Positions 36,026 to 50,648 of a stretch of 64,000 nucleotides of DNA are shown here, piece after piece. Source of the DNA: Isurus oxyrinchus (lineage: Eukaryota). A program made the translations under genes and the position numbers. Position 1 is the stretch's first letter; every line of letters starts with the position of its first letter. The stretch covers positions 104,656,001-104,720,000 of the forward strand of contig JANJGN010000014.1 in the NCBI GenBank assembly GCA_026770705.1. Reading direction: 5' to 3'. Below the pieces are notes generated by a model. That model did not search any database. It had not been told where the DNA came from and worked only from the letters and a program-made list of their open reading frames with translations.

Positions 36026-39000
36026 CTGCAAATAGAAAAACAGTAATCGTAAGACAAGTTTCAGTTTCATGCAGCTGCACTGTGCATGGTATCATTTACT
36101 CTCTCTAGTGCAAAGACAAAACTAGACCAAAAATCTTTAGCCTTCCTGCAGTATCTCGGGAGAGAGGGGTTAGAATCTGGTCTGCACTGGGAGTTTCTGG
36201 AAGACCTAGTAAGTGTTTGTGCTTCCTTGTAGCCCTTACCAAGCTGTTAGCATGGAGAATTAGGGCTTGGGAAAAGAATCCTTGGCCTTCAAGAGGCCTG
36301 ACACATCTTTTTAACCTGTATGCCAGTAGGAAAAGGCATACCAGCCTCTTCCTTGGAAGGGGAGGGGGGAGTTAGCTTTTTCTTTGGTCATGGAAGAGGT
36401 AATAAATTTGAAGGGTAATCTTCATCCCAGTTTTAAAGTGGACCAATGTAGTAAAAACAGACATTTTCTGTAAACGAGAGTCACTGCATCTTTGAAGTAT
36501 GCACTTACACAATAGTAGAGTTATAACATATCGAAAATTAACCAGGGAACCTGGTGATTTTTGTCATTTAACTTAGCACCCTTTGGAACTGGGTTCCATT
36601 AAAACTCATGGAAAGATTTTCTACTTTATTGTTGCAAAACAGCAGTGATCCTGCAGGCTGCTTCCTATAGGGTGGAATACTCAGTGACTAGACCCTAGCT
36701 GTTTTCAAAGCCCTCCTTGTTGCACATTGACCTTAAAGATCTATGCTCTTCTGGTGAAGTTATAGTGATGGAGTGGGAGCAGCTCCAAGGAAATTCTCAA
36801 CTCTAAGGTACACAAAAATGCAGCAAAGGATTTGGAAATTATTAAAGGAGACTCTGAGCACTGAGAAGATATGATTTATTGTCTTGGGGGATCTGCAGGA
36901 TGATTTCCCTAAGAATAATTTTTATTTTTAATGCTTTGCTTGATACATTTCCCAGAAATTGGAGCTTACATTAATTCTGCCAACCAAAACGTATCTTGGA
37001 AATATTAAGGATATTTTATATGAAAGTGTGAACATCAGTACAACTTTGGAGGATCCACTTCCATAATTGTTATCCACTCTCATGATTTTAATTTGTGAAC
37101 AGAAACATTTTACAATATAGGCTTACACTCATCTCAACTGGAAGTATATTCTACATTCAAAAGGCAAACCTGCTTCATTGTTACATATATCCCTATTCTG
37201 GACCTCATGTCAATCCAGAGAGGGTTCAAGAATGCATTGAACACAACAGTATGCGGAAAGGGAATGGGGCCAGAAGGTTTAGCTGTCAGGAAATCCAGAG
37301 AAATGGGTTTCCTGGAGATCCTTCTGTGTTTAAAGGTAGAATTTTCTTTTAAAAAGAATTGTGGGGTGGGCAGTCAGATGGTAGTGGGGGTGAGGGGGGT
37401 GGGGGGGGAGGAGTGTGGGGTGGGGGGGTGGGGGGGGGGGGCGGTGGTGGTATGGTAGGGTGTTTACAGTTTTGCTTGTTGAACCAGCGTGAAAGTCTCC
37501 TGCTTCTCTTGGCCCCAAGCAGTGCTGTAAAGGCGCTAAGTCTGTTTCTATCAGTCTTTTGCATCTCACCTTCAGCTTCTGGGTTTCCCACTACCCAGGA
37601 AACCTGGTCTGTAGGTATTAAGGATAAAAATAATGTTAAAATGGAGGCACACAATCTCCTTAAATATATCAAGGATCTGGCTCACATCCTGTGAACAGGT
37701 TGGTCATCACCCAATGCACCTCCATTAAAATCAGAACTGAGCAGGTCAAAGACAGGTTGCCCATTTTAAAATTTTTAACTACTCAAACCAGTCCCACTGA
37801 TTCAATTATGTTAACCAAATAACTTTCACAGTTTAGCAGGTTTAAGAGTATTGGAGTGAGTGAATATCACAATTAAAACCTTAGAAATGAGCTAAGATTA
37901 AGGGTCACACACAAATGTTAACCTGTCTTTCTCTATTACAAGCTGACCAATAGACTGCTCTGCACATGTTTACTATTGTTAAGATCCAAAAACACAAAGT
38001 TAAAAATTACTATTGGTGAGATTAGCAAATTTTAATGGCATTTCTTTATCTGCTAATTTAACAAAGCCTTTAACCTGCTTAAAATAAATGCCTACTCTGT
38101 TTGGCTGACAGGCAGAAATCCTGCCCTCTGACTGATCTGATTGGTTGACAACATCTTATCTATGTGTTAAAGGCTGATTTTTATTGTGTGAAGTACTGCA
38201 TTCCAAGCTAGCACATAGGCTAAAACATGTCATTAATTTAAAAATCACACAACTGGCATACAATAAGATATTTGCTTTAACCACATAGCCAATTGAACAA
38301 AACATAATCATCTGGGAACTGTAATTAGAAGGTATTTATAGTTTAAGTTGGGTTGGGGAAGCCAAGATGAAACTTGACATTGCAAAATGACAGGTCACTG
38401 GAGCACATCAGAACTGGGAAAGCCAGATTTGCAGATGTTCTTCTGGAGGTAGAGTATATGATGTTGATGCCTTCCTCTCCAAAGTGTCTAGCATAGCAGA
38501 CAAAAGAGAAATTGGCAGATAGGGCTGTCTCATACACTGACAGAAAGCTCAAAAAGATCGGGAAGATGTCAGATCTTAAGAAATTTGAAATGATAAGTTC
38601 AACAGTATTGCTCTATATGATGCGCCTATGGCACAAGCACATATGCAACAAATAATAACGTCTTAATAGTTCACACTTCTAATAATTGAAAATGCTAAGC
38701 AGTTGGATTAGGAGCTGCACTATCTCAATACAACTAGGGAAAAGGGTTCTCTTTTCGAATGGGGACATTTAGGATATATGTTATCGTTACATGTATACAT
38801 ATATATATTGTTTTGAAAAAATGTTTATTGATTTCACTTCCAAGTGCTCTATCCCTAATTTTATATGTTCTCTTGTTCTGGATTCCTCTACCAGAGAGGA
38901 TATTTCTCTGTATCAACCTATTGCATCCTTTTTTTCATTTTCAAGCCCTCAATTAGATCAATTCTCAATGAAATACAAGCCAAGTTTATACAACGTGTCC

Positions 39001-39096
39001 TCCTAATTTAACCACCAATATCCCTACTCGCTGTCTTTTGCCATCTAATTACAGACCCTTTATTTCTTTTTATATCCACAGTGCTGTTAGGGAGTC

Positions 39097-39311
39097 TGTT
39101 GTAACCAGATAGATTGTCCCTTCCCCCCGTCATTCATTCATCATGTGATGTGATTATGGGGGCTTGACCAATAAGCTTATTGCGCGGGTAATCCTATGGT
39201 AGGGAGCCTCTGACAGAGAGATCGCATCTAGCTTGCAAGCACCTCTACATGTCTCCTAAATAAAGTTTAGCCTTTTCTTCACCAAACCTGCTGCTCCAAC
39301 AAGTTATTACA
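39097..39311 (+). mobile_element. Short solo LTR inserted in an L-A LINE tail (host about 39075-39560, minus strand)
   Basis: TGTTGTAAC...GTTATTACA ends, internal AATAAA at 39259, TSD gagtc/gagtt; the host LINE resumes after it. Confidence 0.7.
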
Positions 39312-41924
39312 GAGTTCCAGGGGTTTTATCCAGCAACTGTGAAGGAACGACAATATTGTTCCAAGTCAGGATGATGTGTGGCTTGGAAGGGAGCTTGCAG
39401 CTGGTGATGTTCCCATGTGTCTGCTGCCCCTATCCTCCTAGCTAATAGGTGTTGTGGGCTTGTAAGGTGCTATTGAAGGAGACTTGGCGAACTGCTGTAG
39501 TGCATCTTTTGGATGGTATAAATGGCAGTTACCGTACACTGGTGGTGCAGGGATTGAGTGTATAATGTCACAAGGTTACCTCCAATCTTTGAAAATAATA
39601 GCTTGTGTGGAAGGGGGTTGCTCACATGGACACTCACTTAATCATTATGTTAGTGATCTCCTTATACTAAGTCATGAACTACACTTTGCAGATTCATTAT
39701 GATGTTCTTTGATTAGATGATACTTATCCAAGTGTTGAGTCACTTGTCCCTAATGATAGATCCCAGGGACTTCTCCACAAATGATGTTAAGCAGACAGAT
39801 CTGTAGTTATCAGGCTTCTGCTTCCCTCCCTTCTTAAAACATTTGACGTTCGCAATTTGTCCAATCCAAAGGCACATTTCCTGAAACTAGAGAACTCTGA
39901 AAAATTATGATGAATAAATTCACTGTGTTCCGGAGCATGTGAAACTCCTGTGGCATCTCCAGGCCAGCTCTCAGGAGTACAAATTGGAGGCATTATCCAA
40001 GCACCTCTCAAGAATGCTCAATTCGGTGCTATTGATGCCTTGTACTCAAATCTTAATGATGCTTTCTCAGCTAGCTAGGAGATCACGTGGACACAATTTT
40101 AAAGGAAAACATTCACAGACCTCATAACTGCCCACTGTTCATCAGTAAACAAACTGTAGAAGTGAGATGTCTGAAGTGGGTATAGCTATTTCTTCATTTA
40201 GTGTCTCATCAGGACATCAAGTCTCTATATGTAAGTGGCAATAGAATTGTCAGCAAGTTATTGTAGTGCTGGATATGGCTAATTTCCATACTGGGTCCTC
40301 ATAGTGCCTATGACAACAAATTCTAGCGATACCAAAAGCCATGCAGATTGTCATTGTAACTCCAGAGCTAATGTGTACACTTCCTCCTGTCACATGCAAA
40401 TCAATTGGTAGATCAGTTGTCACAAATCCAAATTAAAACACAAAAAAAAAGAAAGACATGGTAAACCATAAAACCATCTTTGAGACATAACACAAGCTTC
40501 TTTCATTCTGACGTCTAAGTTTGGTAGTGGGTGTGGAAGTGGGAGTGATTTCCTCGGGGGGGAGGAAATCCACCTTCCACGTTTGCCCAGCCACTGTTCC
40601 AACCTTCCCCACTAATTCTTCCTCCCTCCCTTGGTCATCCTCCGCATAACTTGCATTGTCACCACCCGGTCTCAAACATAGGCTGGCATTTACCAACACT
40701 CCCCGATGAGAACAATGCAGTGGCAACTCACCGTTAATCATGGAAGAAGTCTACCTCGCCAGGTGCCTGCCACTTATGTGCAGTCGCAAAATTGAACATT
40801 CTAATTCCTCACTGAGGGGGGAGCTTAATTCTGGTGAGGTGGTCCTTTAGAGCTGTATGACTTGCTAATGCATGCAAAAGGGTTTCCCGACCGTGTTTGT
40901 TGGAACGCTTGGAAAGGCCGGTCTTTAAAGTCCTGAGAAAAAAATTCCTAAGGTTCATCCCACCATCGGGAAACTGATTTTTGGCCTCACACCAAATTAA
41001 GCAAAGCTTCCCGCTGCTGGCGGGACTAGAAGGTTCCGCCCAAAATAAAAATGCAAAGACTTAATTTGAACATTTTGCTGAATATTTGGTCGCAATTGTT
41101 TAGAATTATAGAACAGCTCAGAAAAATGTGATGCTCTTTGAGAGACTGCATAGTGTAGAATGTGATGTTTTGTTCCATGCTAATTTATAGATGTCGATTT
41201 CAGCTTAAAAAAAATATGTAGTAACATGAATATTTGATTCATGCACTGGCTCAATACTTGATTTATTGATGTCACTTTCATTATTTTGCTCTGTCATTGG
41301 AATCCTTTCCTTCAACCTGCAAGGAGAAGATATGGAACACACAGCAGTCAAAAATTCATCGTGAAATTCTAGGAAATATGTCAGTAAGGGGTAACCTGTC
41401 CCTCCCATCTCCATTTGTTTGAGAGTGGTGGAAATCTTGCTCTAAGATTCCCAATGATTCTGCATATAATGTGAGCTACTTCAGCATTCAGGAGCTCTGC
41501 TCCTGTCCATTCAGTTCACAGTCTGGCATGATGAGCTCTAACAGCAGAGGATAGATTTAGCTCCCCAGAAGCCAATCTTCCTTAATAAGCCTGGACCAGA
41601 TGATTGCCTTAAAATGAAGGGATCACGAGACCTATGACTTGTTAAGTTTCTAATAACCATTCTTAGGGAGACAAAATCTGCAAAAACTTTTCTAATGCCT
41701 GTCTCTAGTACTTTTGGCCCTTTTAGCTTTGTGGATTACAGGGGAAACTTTAAGTAACCAGTAGGCCCTGCATTCACCCAGTCAACACTCCTGAAAGAAG
41801 GCATCTGTGTTTAATAAAAGTTTTGTTTGTGAGATTACTAACAAATGGACAGAAAAGAATAATCAATTATAATATTCCCTGATGCCTGAAATAGGTTAGC
41901 AATGTCTTAAAACATCACAGCTGG

Positions 41925-42160
41925 TTTCCCTCCAAGTCACTCACCATCCTGACTTGGAAAGATATCATCATTCCTTCACTGTCACTGGTCAAAATCCTGG
42001 AACTCCCTTCCTAACAGCATTGTGGGTGTACCTACACAACATGGACTGCAGCAGTTCAAGAAGGCAGCTTATCACCACCTTCTCAAGGGCAACTAGGGAT
42101 GGGCAATAAATGCTGGCCCAGCCAACAACGTCCACATCCCATGAATGAATAAAAAAAATA
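41925..42160 (+). mobile_element. LINE L-A 3' end
   Basis: Matches about 17890-18112. Confidence 0.85.
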
Positions 42161-42699
42161 TCTGGGGAGCACCAAGATGTAGCAGCAGGGTTAAAAAAGT
42201 TAAGGTGGTATAGTTGCACAGCCTGGGCAAGGGTGTTAACCACTTGTACATAATTTTCACTATTGTAAATAAACTCCCAAAAATGTCTCCCTGCCTGTGG
42301 CTTCTTTTCCTGATGAGCTGTGTTCGTGTCACTCAGATGTGAAACTTTTCTGCACAAGATAAAGGCAGGTGACTCAGTCCAGGGCCTCTTCACTCTGCTT
42401 TGTGTAGCCTTCAGACCAAAGTGATGGTCCGGCCTCTCACTCCCTGGAAATATTACTGATGCTTGCCCCTCAACGATGTTTGTCGTTGCTGCAAAAATAC
42501 GTGGGCAGGCACCACGGAGTACCATCGTTCCCTCTGTGTGCTCTCAGCACCTTTAAGGTGGGGCTGGCCCCCATCTCTTCAGCATCTGTGACCAGTGATG
42601 CTGTTCTCCTGAAGGGCTCAGGTGCTGAAGGTGGACAAAGGATCAGGTGCTTTTAAAGTTTCACCGCTGCGTCTCTATTATGACAGAACGCAAGGAGTC

Positions 42700-45260
42700 T
42701 GACATTCTCAGAGACTATCTGAAAACCTATTGAGTGTCCTTACTGCATGTCGTCATCGTCCTCCTGCAATCGAGGAACTATTATGGCCTCCATTGTATCT
42801 CCATGACAGGTGCATTATCACAGAGCACTATCATAAGCCAGACTGGAGTCAAACATTTACAGCCATGATGTGAGGATCTATGGGGTCTTTTCACTGCATG
42901 TCATCATCATCCTCCACAAATCCAGCACCTCCAAGGGCCTCCTGAGCATGCCTGCCTCGTCTGGCCAGTGCGAGGGCCTCATCCCTGTCATTGCCGCCTT
43001 GGAGGGCATCCTCACCATCATCTCCGTTGGCGTCCTCCTTATCCGAGGAGACCTCCAGCTCCTCCATCTCCTCCTCAGCCAGCTCCTCTCCCCGTTGTAG
43101 GCCAGGCTATAAAGGGCGCAGCAGGTGACGACAATGCGTGACACCCTCTGCGGCTCCACCAGACCGGTCCAGGCACCATAACCTCATTTTCTGCATCCTG
43201 ATGGTTTACTCCACCAAGACGCAAGTAGCTGCCTGAGCCCCATTACACCTCTGCTGCATTCTGAGGCCACCGCATGGGTGTCATCAGCCATGTCCTCGAT
43301 GGGTAGCCCTTGTCCCCGAAGTTCCATCCCTGCAACTTTTGGTGGACCCTGGAATATGTCAGGGATCTGTAACCAACTGAGAATGTAGGAGTCGTGCATG
43401 CTCCATGGAAGCTGTGCGCAGACCTGTAGGATGCCTTTCTGGTGTTTGCACACCAGCTGCACATTCAGCGAATGGAACCCCTTGCAGTTGATGTAGTCGA
43501 CCGCTTATTGTAATGGAGACCTGAGCGCAATGTGAGTGCAGTTGGTGGCACCCTGCACCTGTGGGAAACCCAAGATCTGGGCAAATCCAATCGGTCTTGC
43601 ATCCTGACTGTCCTGGTTCCGGGTGAAATGCAGAAAGTTATGTGCCCTCGCAAAGATGGCATCCGTGACCTCATGGATGCAATTGTGGGTGGAGGCTTGT
43701 GAGATCCCACAGAGGTCACCTGTGGCACCCTGAAAGGAGGCACCGACATAGAAATTGAGGGCCGCTGTCACTTTCACAAAGGTCACTGGCATTGGATACC
43801 CTCCATGTCCCCATGGCGCCAAATCCTGCAGCAGCTGGCAGATGTGACCCACCAGTTCCCTAGACATGTGAAGTCCTTGGCGACACTGGTTCGCGGTCAT
43901 CTGCAGGAATGAAAGGCGGTGTCTATAGACCCTGGGTGTCACTAAGCGTTGACCAACGATGGCTCTCTGTGGCTTTTCAGCAGCGTGTGCGGGAGCTCCA
44001 GCCGCCCCTTTTTCCTGAGGGTGCTGCTCCTCCATCTGTACAGCCAGGTGCCTCAGTCGGTCTCTCCTCTGTCATCTTTGCTCTCTGGATGCCACTAGGC
44101 ATACAGTTAGTTCACCAGGTTCCAAGATCCTGATGTACTGCTCCTGCAGGATGAAAGAAAGAGATATGTGGGTTAGCATGGGCATGCTAAGAACCTGTCC
44201 TGGTTAAGTGTGAAGTCCCCTGAACACATCGCGGAGAGTGCTGGCCACCACTTGGATGGCCAGATTAGTGTGCTGCATGGCTGCCCAAAACTGCACCTAC
44301 TCCCCCACTCCACCTGACTGATAGGCGGCAGCTTTGCCCACTGGACTGCATGCTGTGCAACTCAGGTGAGGCATTCCCCTAACCCACATTGCAGGGCTGC
44401 CCTGTTAGCTTGAACCATTGGGAAGACGGGTCCAAACCAAAATGCTGACATTTCAAGGGGCTGTGAGTGTCTCCACCTGTGACTGCTCAATGACCAGCTT
44501 GAACAAAGAGATTGTACAATGTGCACAGTCATCCAATTGTTCGGCAGTCCACTAAAATGCTCATTACTTTGCAGCCTGTACTGAAGGGGTGAAAAGCTTT
44601 GGAGCACTTGGTAGCACGTTGACGCTCTGCATTACTTGAGTTGGCAGGTAGGCTAGAAGCCCAACTCCAATCATATGAATGTGGCTGCGCCTGAACTGTC
44701 TCAGTTGTAGAGGAATGGCCACTTTATGTTAGGCATCCATAGTGTGTGGGTGCTTCCCTCACCCACCTTCCCCCAACCCCGAATGCTTGTGTGTTACATT
44801 CAGCTGTAGGTTATCCCTAGACCCCGCCTTCCCCCACACCCCAACCAAATCACCTCATCAGCAGGGCTGCCCTTGCTCACTTCCACCCCCCCCCCACAGC
44901 GTCTCAACCTTGAAGTCCAACAGGTAACCCTGGAGAGCATTGTGCAATATTACTGTGTACTCACCCCTGAGTTCCCCTCAAAGAGCAGCCTGTCAAGTGC
45001 ATGCCTTTTATATGCCATTGTGAAACACCTCAGCGTGCTCTCCCGCCAATGTGGGCAGATGATCTAGTGGGGAGGGGACGATTCCGATGGGCAGGCCTAA
45101 TAACGATATGCCGATGTTTGATTGTGGGAAATGCGGCTTGCCATCGGTGGGCTGAGCGGGCTATCACAAACTGGTTTCATGTCATTGTGAAGCATATCGT
45201 GCCATATTGTCCACTCATGCCACTGCACACACTCATGGTGGGCATGGAAAATCCTGGCCT
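42700..45260 (-). mobile_element. Degenerate PIF/Harbinger transposon (HARBI1-like DDE transposase pseudogene)
   Basis: Frameshifted ORFs at 43505-44035, 43184-43464 and 42878-43159: KVTAALNFY..ASFQ, GFPQVQGATNCTH, PWSMHDSYIL, GDKGYP, IVVTCCALY plus an acidic tail. Right end gaaaatcctggcc resembles the MITE TIR. Left boundary uncertain. Confidence 0.85.
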
Positions 45261-45572
45261 TTGTGTCCAATTTACATACCAAAGGCAATGTCCTATACAG
45301 GTATTTAACTTTTTTTTCCCTTCTATTCCTTTCAATATTCTATCAAACACTGCCTCAATCTTCTGGGATTGGAGGAGTGTGCAATTTATTTAGCCCCACC
45401 ACTTCACAGGGCGCAATATTAATGTAAATGTTTAATTCACTCACTAAAACGGCCAATTATTTACCTTCACTAATGTTAGACCCTGATTAATAGAAACTGT
45501 AACTAGACTTCTTTCAAGAAACTCAGAATGATTGATTCATGAAAAAACAAAACTTATTTTTAAAAGGAGTTG

Positions 45573-45573
<1 letters not shown>

Positions 45574-45660
<87 letters not shown>
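45574..45660. repeat. (CA)n microsatellite, about 43 units, inside the 3' LTR
   Basis: Pure CA run; the other LTR has a shorter (CA)n near 50790-50816. Confidence 0.95.
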
Positions 45661-45662
<2 letters not shown>

Positions 45663-48600
45663 CTCAGTTCATTCCCAACTTAAGCTCATCTTCGTCAGGT
45701 GATTTCCAATAAATTACCAGGGCTTTTGCCTTTAAAACAGTCTTTTTTTTCCCCAGCCGTTAAAGTAATTATAGTTCAAATAAGCAAATAACTCTCCTCC
45801 TCAGGTTCCATGCTGGTCAGGTGACTTCTTGGAAAAGGCTTGCTTGCTCAAAGTCCAAAGTGAAAATATGACCATTTAAAAAAATCCAAGTGTCCGAATA
45901 ATGTAATGTCCTTCCAAATTTTAAAAGAAAAATACAATTCTTGAAGATATGGCTTTCCAAACATGCTTCCCCTTTAAGAAATGAAATGCCATTTCCAAAT
46001 GTGTTTCATTATAAAGTGTACAGGAAAAGATATGTACATGAACAAAATTCAAACATGAAGTCACTCGGTCATTCCCTCCTTATACAAAATCTGTATTGTT
46101 TTCTCTGATTTTCCTGATTTCCAGATAATTCTACTGAAATTACATTCTTGATATGCATCAGCAATTATATTATCCTTCCCAGCAATATGAACAATCTTTA
46201 AGGTATAAGACAGTATTAGCAAGCTCCATCAGAACAATCTGTCATTCTGGGTCTTAAATCTTTCCATAAAGGCCAAGGGATTAAGGTCAGCATATACTAG
46301 AGTTTCTTTACAGCCATGATGGATATATTTAATAGCCAGTAACAATCCCAGGGTTTCTTTTTCTACCATAGAGTATCTCTTTTGTTGCTGAAAAGTACCC
46401 CATTGGCTTCTCTATGCCTGATTAATCTTCTTGCAATAAAACCACACCCACACCCAAGTCACTAGCATTGATTGTCACCCTGAAATGTTTATCAAAGTTA
46501 GGGGTTGCTAACACCAGTTCATTAGTTAGGATCACTTTCAGCTTCTCAAAAGCTATCTGGCATTCTTTTGACCATACCACCTTTGCTTTCTTTGCAATAA
46601 ATCTGTTATTGGGGCAGCTATAGTGCTGCCATTTGTCACAAACTTATGATCAGAAGCTGCCCATCCCCAAAACCCTCATGATTTCCCTTCTAGTCTTAGG
46701 GTCAGGGTATTCCATCAAAGCCTGTACACTTGCTGTTCTTGGCAAAACCTTTCCCCTGCCCTACGATATGCCCTAGATAAGTTACTCATGCTTTCAAGGA
46801 ATCACTCTTGACAAGGTTTATTACTAGATCTGCCGACCGTAATTGTTTAAATAGGCTTCCAATTGTTCTAGTTCATTCCAAGTGTTTCTGTAAATCAACA
46901 CATCATCCAAGTAAACCGCACAGTTAGGAACATTAGTTACAACTTGATTCATTAGCCTTTGAAAAGTGGCTGGATCATTTTTTAGCTCAAATGGCATCAC
47001 TCGGCATTGGAGTAGCCCATTCGACGTGACGAAAGCCAATATCTCCTTAGCTCGTGAAGGTAAAGGTACTTGCCAGTGTTCTTTCAATAAATCTATCTTA
47101 GTAAGGAACATGGCACTGCAAACCCTATCAAAACAAGCATCTAAATGAGGGATTGGGAAAGAATCCATTTTTGTTACTGCATTAACCTTTCTATAATCTA
47201 TGCATAATCTGGTTGACCCATCAAGCTTAGGTATTAATACTACTGGAGAACACCAACTGCTTTGACTAGGTTCAATTAGATGATTTTCTAACAAATATTG
47301 AACTTCTGCCTTCACTTGAGCTTGTTTCTCTGGATTTAAACAATAAAGATGTTGTTTTGTAGAAGATTGTCCTAACATCCTCATCATGTATGACTAAAGT
47401 TATACACCCTGTTTTGTCCTTACAGATTTCTTTAAATTCTATAAATAACCTCACCAGATCTTTTTCTTGTCCTGCTTCTAAGTATGAAAATAGCTTGGGT
47501 TAAATTGGGTTAACTTCTCTACTACTACTTTCTTTAGCTGTTCTTAAAGGGATGGCCTCTGGAAATCAGGTTGTCATAGCCATAATAGTAAGGATATATT
47601 GTTGTCCTACTTTCATTTTTGGTAACAGTCCGGTACAGTCTACCGAATGGTTCCCGATGAAAGGTATAAGAATTAAAGGTGCCAGTTTGATTGTAGGTTG
47701 TGGTTTTCCTACCACCTGGCACGTATGTCACATTTTACAATACTGTACCACATCCCTGTGAAGACCTGGCCAGTAAAAATATTGGTTTATTTGCACCTGA
47801 CTTTTCATGTGTTAACTGTAATATCTCTTTCTGATATTTACGGGGTACCTCTACGTGGTGAACAACTGACCACTATTCATCTGCAGGTCTGTGAGGAGGT
47901 CTTCGCTTCCTCATTAGCATCCCATTTATAATTTAATAGCTTTTTAGAACTTCCTCCGCTTCAGCTTCAGTTTGGGCTAACTGTGCTATCTCACTCAACT
48001 CCAGATCGGCTTATTGATCCTCAACTAGAGATTTATTAAACATTTCTCTCAGATTATCTAAGTCTTTAAAGAATGTTGCAGCTAACCAAATATCTGTGTG
48101 GTATCACTTTGGACTCCAATGATGGACTTTGCTGAACCATTGCTCAGGTCATCACCCACAAAAGAAAAATTCTTGGAACCTTTTCTTGCAACTGCTCCAT
48201 CTCTTTAATCTCACTTGGGCTTTTTATAATTGTGGGAGAAGCTACTACCTTCACTCCGGATAAATCATTTCCCAGGAGTAACTCAACTCTGTCTATGGGT
48301 TAGTTCTGGACAACCCCTGCCGTTACTGTCCCAGACATTGGGTCACACTCCAAGTGCAGCCGGTACAAAGGTACGGGTATATACTCCCCACCAATACCAT
48401 TTATTAAAACTTTAGCTTTTAATGTGCATTCTGAGGAAAAAATTATGCCTTTCCTCAACAGAAGTGTTTGAGTGGCTCCCGTGTCTCTTAGTATAGTTAT
48501 AGGCCTGGCTGTCTCATTGCATGGATAAAGGTTACTTTTCTTTCATTAACTCTCATGTATCTTAGTCTCCTCTCCTGAACTCTCAGTTTCACAGTTGTAG

Positions 48601-50125
48601 TTAACACTACAACTTGATCTATTGTATTTTCCTTTTCCTGACTTACCTTTATGTATCCCAACAAGTCCCATGGATTTCCTGTGCAGCTTCCAGCAATTTG
48701 CACGAACGAGTCCCACCTTGTTACAATGGAAACACTTAGGCTTTTGTATATCACTTCCACCCTCAGCACCTTCCTTTCTGGGCTGAGAAGTTTCTGGGGT
48801 ATTCCCAGATGCCCATTCTCTTCCCTGGCTACTTGCCTTCCTTTCAGCTTCCCACCTTCTTGGCTTTGTGGGGATGATGGAAAAAAGATTTAGATTTATG
48901 GACCTGCTCATAATTGTCAGCCATCTCCACTGTACTGTACTGGAGGAAGTGAATTTTTAAATTCTTCCAGGAGAATTATTTCCCTGAGAGCTTCAGACAT
49001 TGCATCCACCTTTAATTTCTGTATCCAATGGTCAAAATTACTTTGCTTTACCCGCTCAAATTCAATCTCGGTCTGCCTAGGCTATTTCCTTATGTTTCGA
49101 AAATTCTGCCTGTTCGCCTCAGGGACCAACTCATACACACTAAGAATAGCCTTTTGTACTGCATCATAATCCATAGAAACCTCTTCTGAAAGTGATGCAT
49201 AAACCTCATGAGCTCTACCCATCAACATACTCTGTAGCAGCAATGTCCAGTTTTCTTCTGGCCACTTCATTTGCTTAGCTACCTTCTTAAATGAAATAAA
49301 CAAACTTTGGAAGAATTTGTACAAATTTAAACATCACCACTCGGCTTTGGGTTGGGGTAGTCTTTTCATCTTCAGAACTTTCCCCAGCATCCGAGGCCTC
49401 TATCTTTAATGCCAGCTTTTTAAGCTGATATTTCCTTTCCCATTCCTTCTCTCTCTCCTTTGCCTCTCTTTCTTTATTCTTCTCCCAAGCCTAAAATTCC
49501 AGATCCAGCTTCTTAAATGCTCCTTCTTTTTCTTGTTTCTGTCTCTCAATTTCAATTCTTTTTCATTTCAATTATCATTCCTGTTCAAGCTGCTTAATTT
49601 GCAACTGAATCACAGCTAACTCAACTGACTTGCCCCCTGGAGAACATGGTCTTTCTTGTATCCCATCCAATTTAAAATGCTGCACTATGACCTCAACTAT
49701 GTCTGCTTTCGTCACCCTAAGGTTAATTCTAACTGCAACTGATCTGCCAATTCCATTAGCTAAGCCTTGATTACTTTTTGTAAACCAGTTAGCTTAGCCT
49801 TAATTACTTTCTGTAAACCAGCCACGGTTAAATCTTCCATCTTTACAAAAGTCTTAGCACCTTCCAAAGCCATTTTGGTTTATTAATGTATAAGAAACCT
49901 TGTATGTGTCCTTTTATCCTTTACCAATTATTATTATTCCATGTCCAATCACTCATTGTCCATGTTTCAAAATCTCGCAAGGGCCCCCAATCTATGTTGC
50001 GACTGGGATGGGAGGAGTGCGTTGTTGACCCAGCCCCACTACTCCACAGAGAACAACGTTAGTGTAAATGCTTAAATCAATCACTAAAATGGCCTTCGCT
50101 CACATTAGACCTTGAATAAAAGAGA

Positions 50126-50648
50126 TTTTTTAAAATGTATTTATGGAATGTGGGCATTGCTGGCTAAGCAACATTTATTGCCCATCCCTAATTGCTCTTG
50201 AGAAGGTGGTGGTCAGATGCCTTCTTGAACTGTTACAGTCTACGCGGTGTAGGTACACCCACAGCGCTGTTAGGGGGGAGTTCCAGGATTTTGACCCAGC
50301 AACAGTGAAGGAACGGCGACATATTTCCAAGTCAGGATGGTGAGTGACTTGGAGGGGAGCTTCCAGGTAGTGGTGGTCCCATGTGTCTGCTGCCCTTGTC
50401 CTTCTAGATAGTAGGTGTCATGGGTTAGGAGGGTGCTGTCTAAGGACCCTTGGTGAGTCCGTGCAGCTTGTTGATGTAACAATCCGTGGCGGAGGGAGTG
50501 ATGTTTGTGGATTGGGTGCAACTCAAGCAAATTGCTCTGTTCTGGATGGTGTCAAGCTCCTTAAATGTTGTTGGAGCTGCACTCATCCAGGCAAGTGGAG
50601 ATTATTCCATCACACTCCTGACTTGTGCTTTCTAGATGGCAGACAGGC
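50126..50648 (-). mobile_element. LINE L-A 3' portion nested in the Gypsy 5' LTR
   Basis: LTR homology stops near 50125 and resumes at cttctttcaagaaactcagaatg (50648). Confidence 0.85.

Noticed and set aside
37360-37460. G-rich tracts (also about 1410-1465, and C-rich 625-690) with Pro/Gly-rich ORFs or G-quadruplex potential
   Set aside because: Low-complexity runs with no evidence of coding or function.
41205-41414. Possible upstream LYPD1 exon (minus-strand acceptor-like tcttctccttgcag near 41316)
   Set aside because: The translation lacks the expected IQCYQC...NCT...CQKEV LU N-terminal pattern and no other support is visible.
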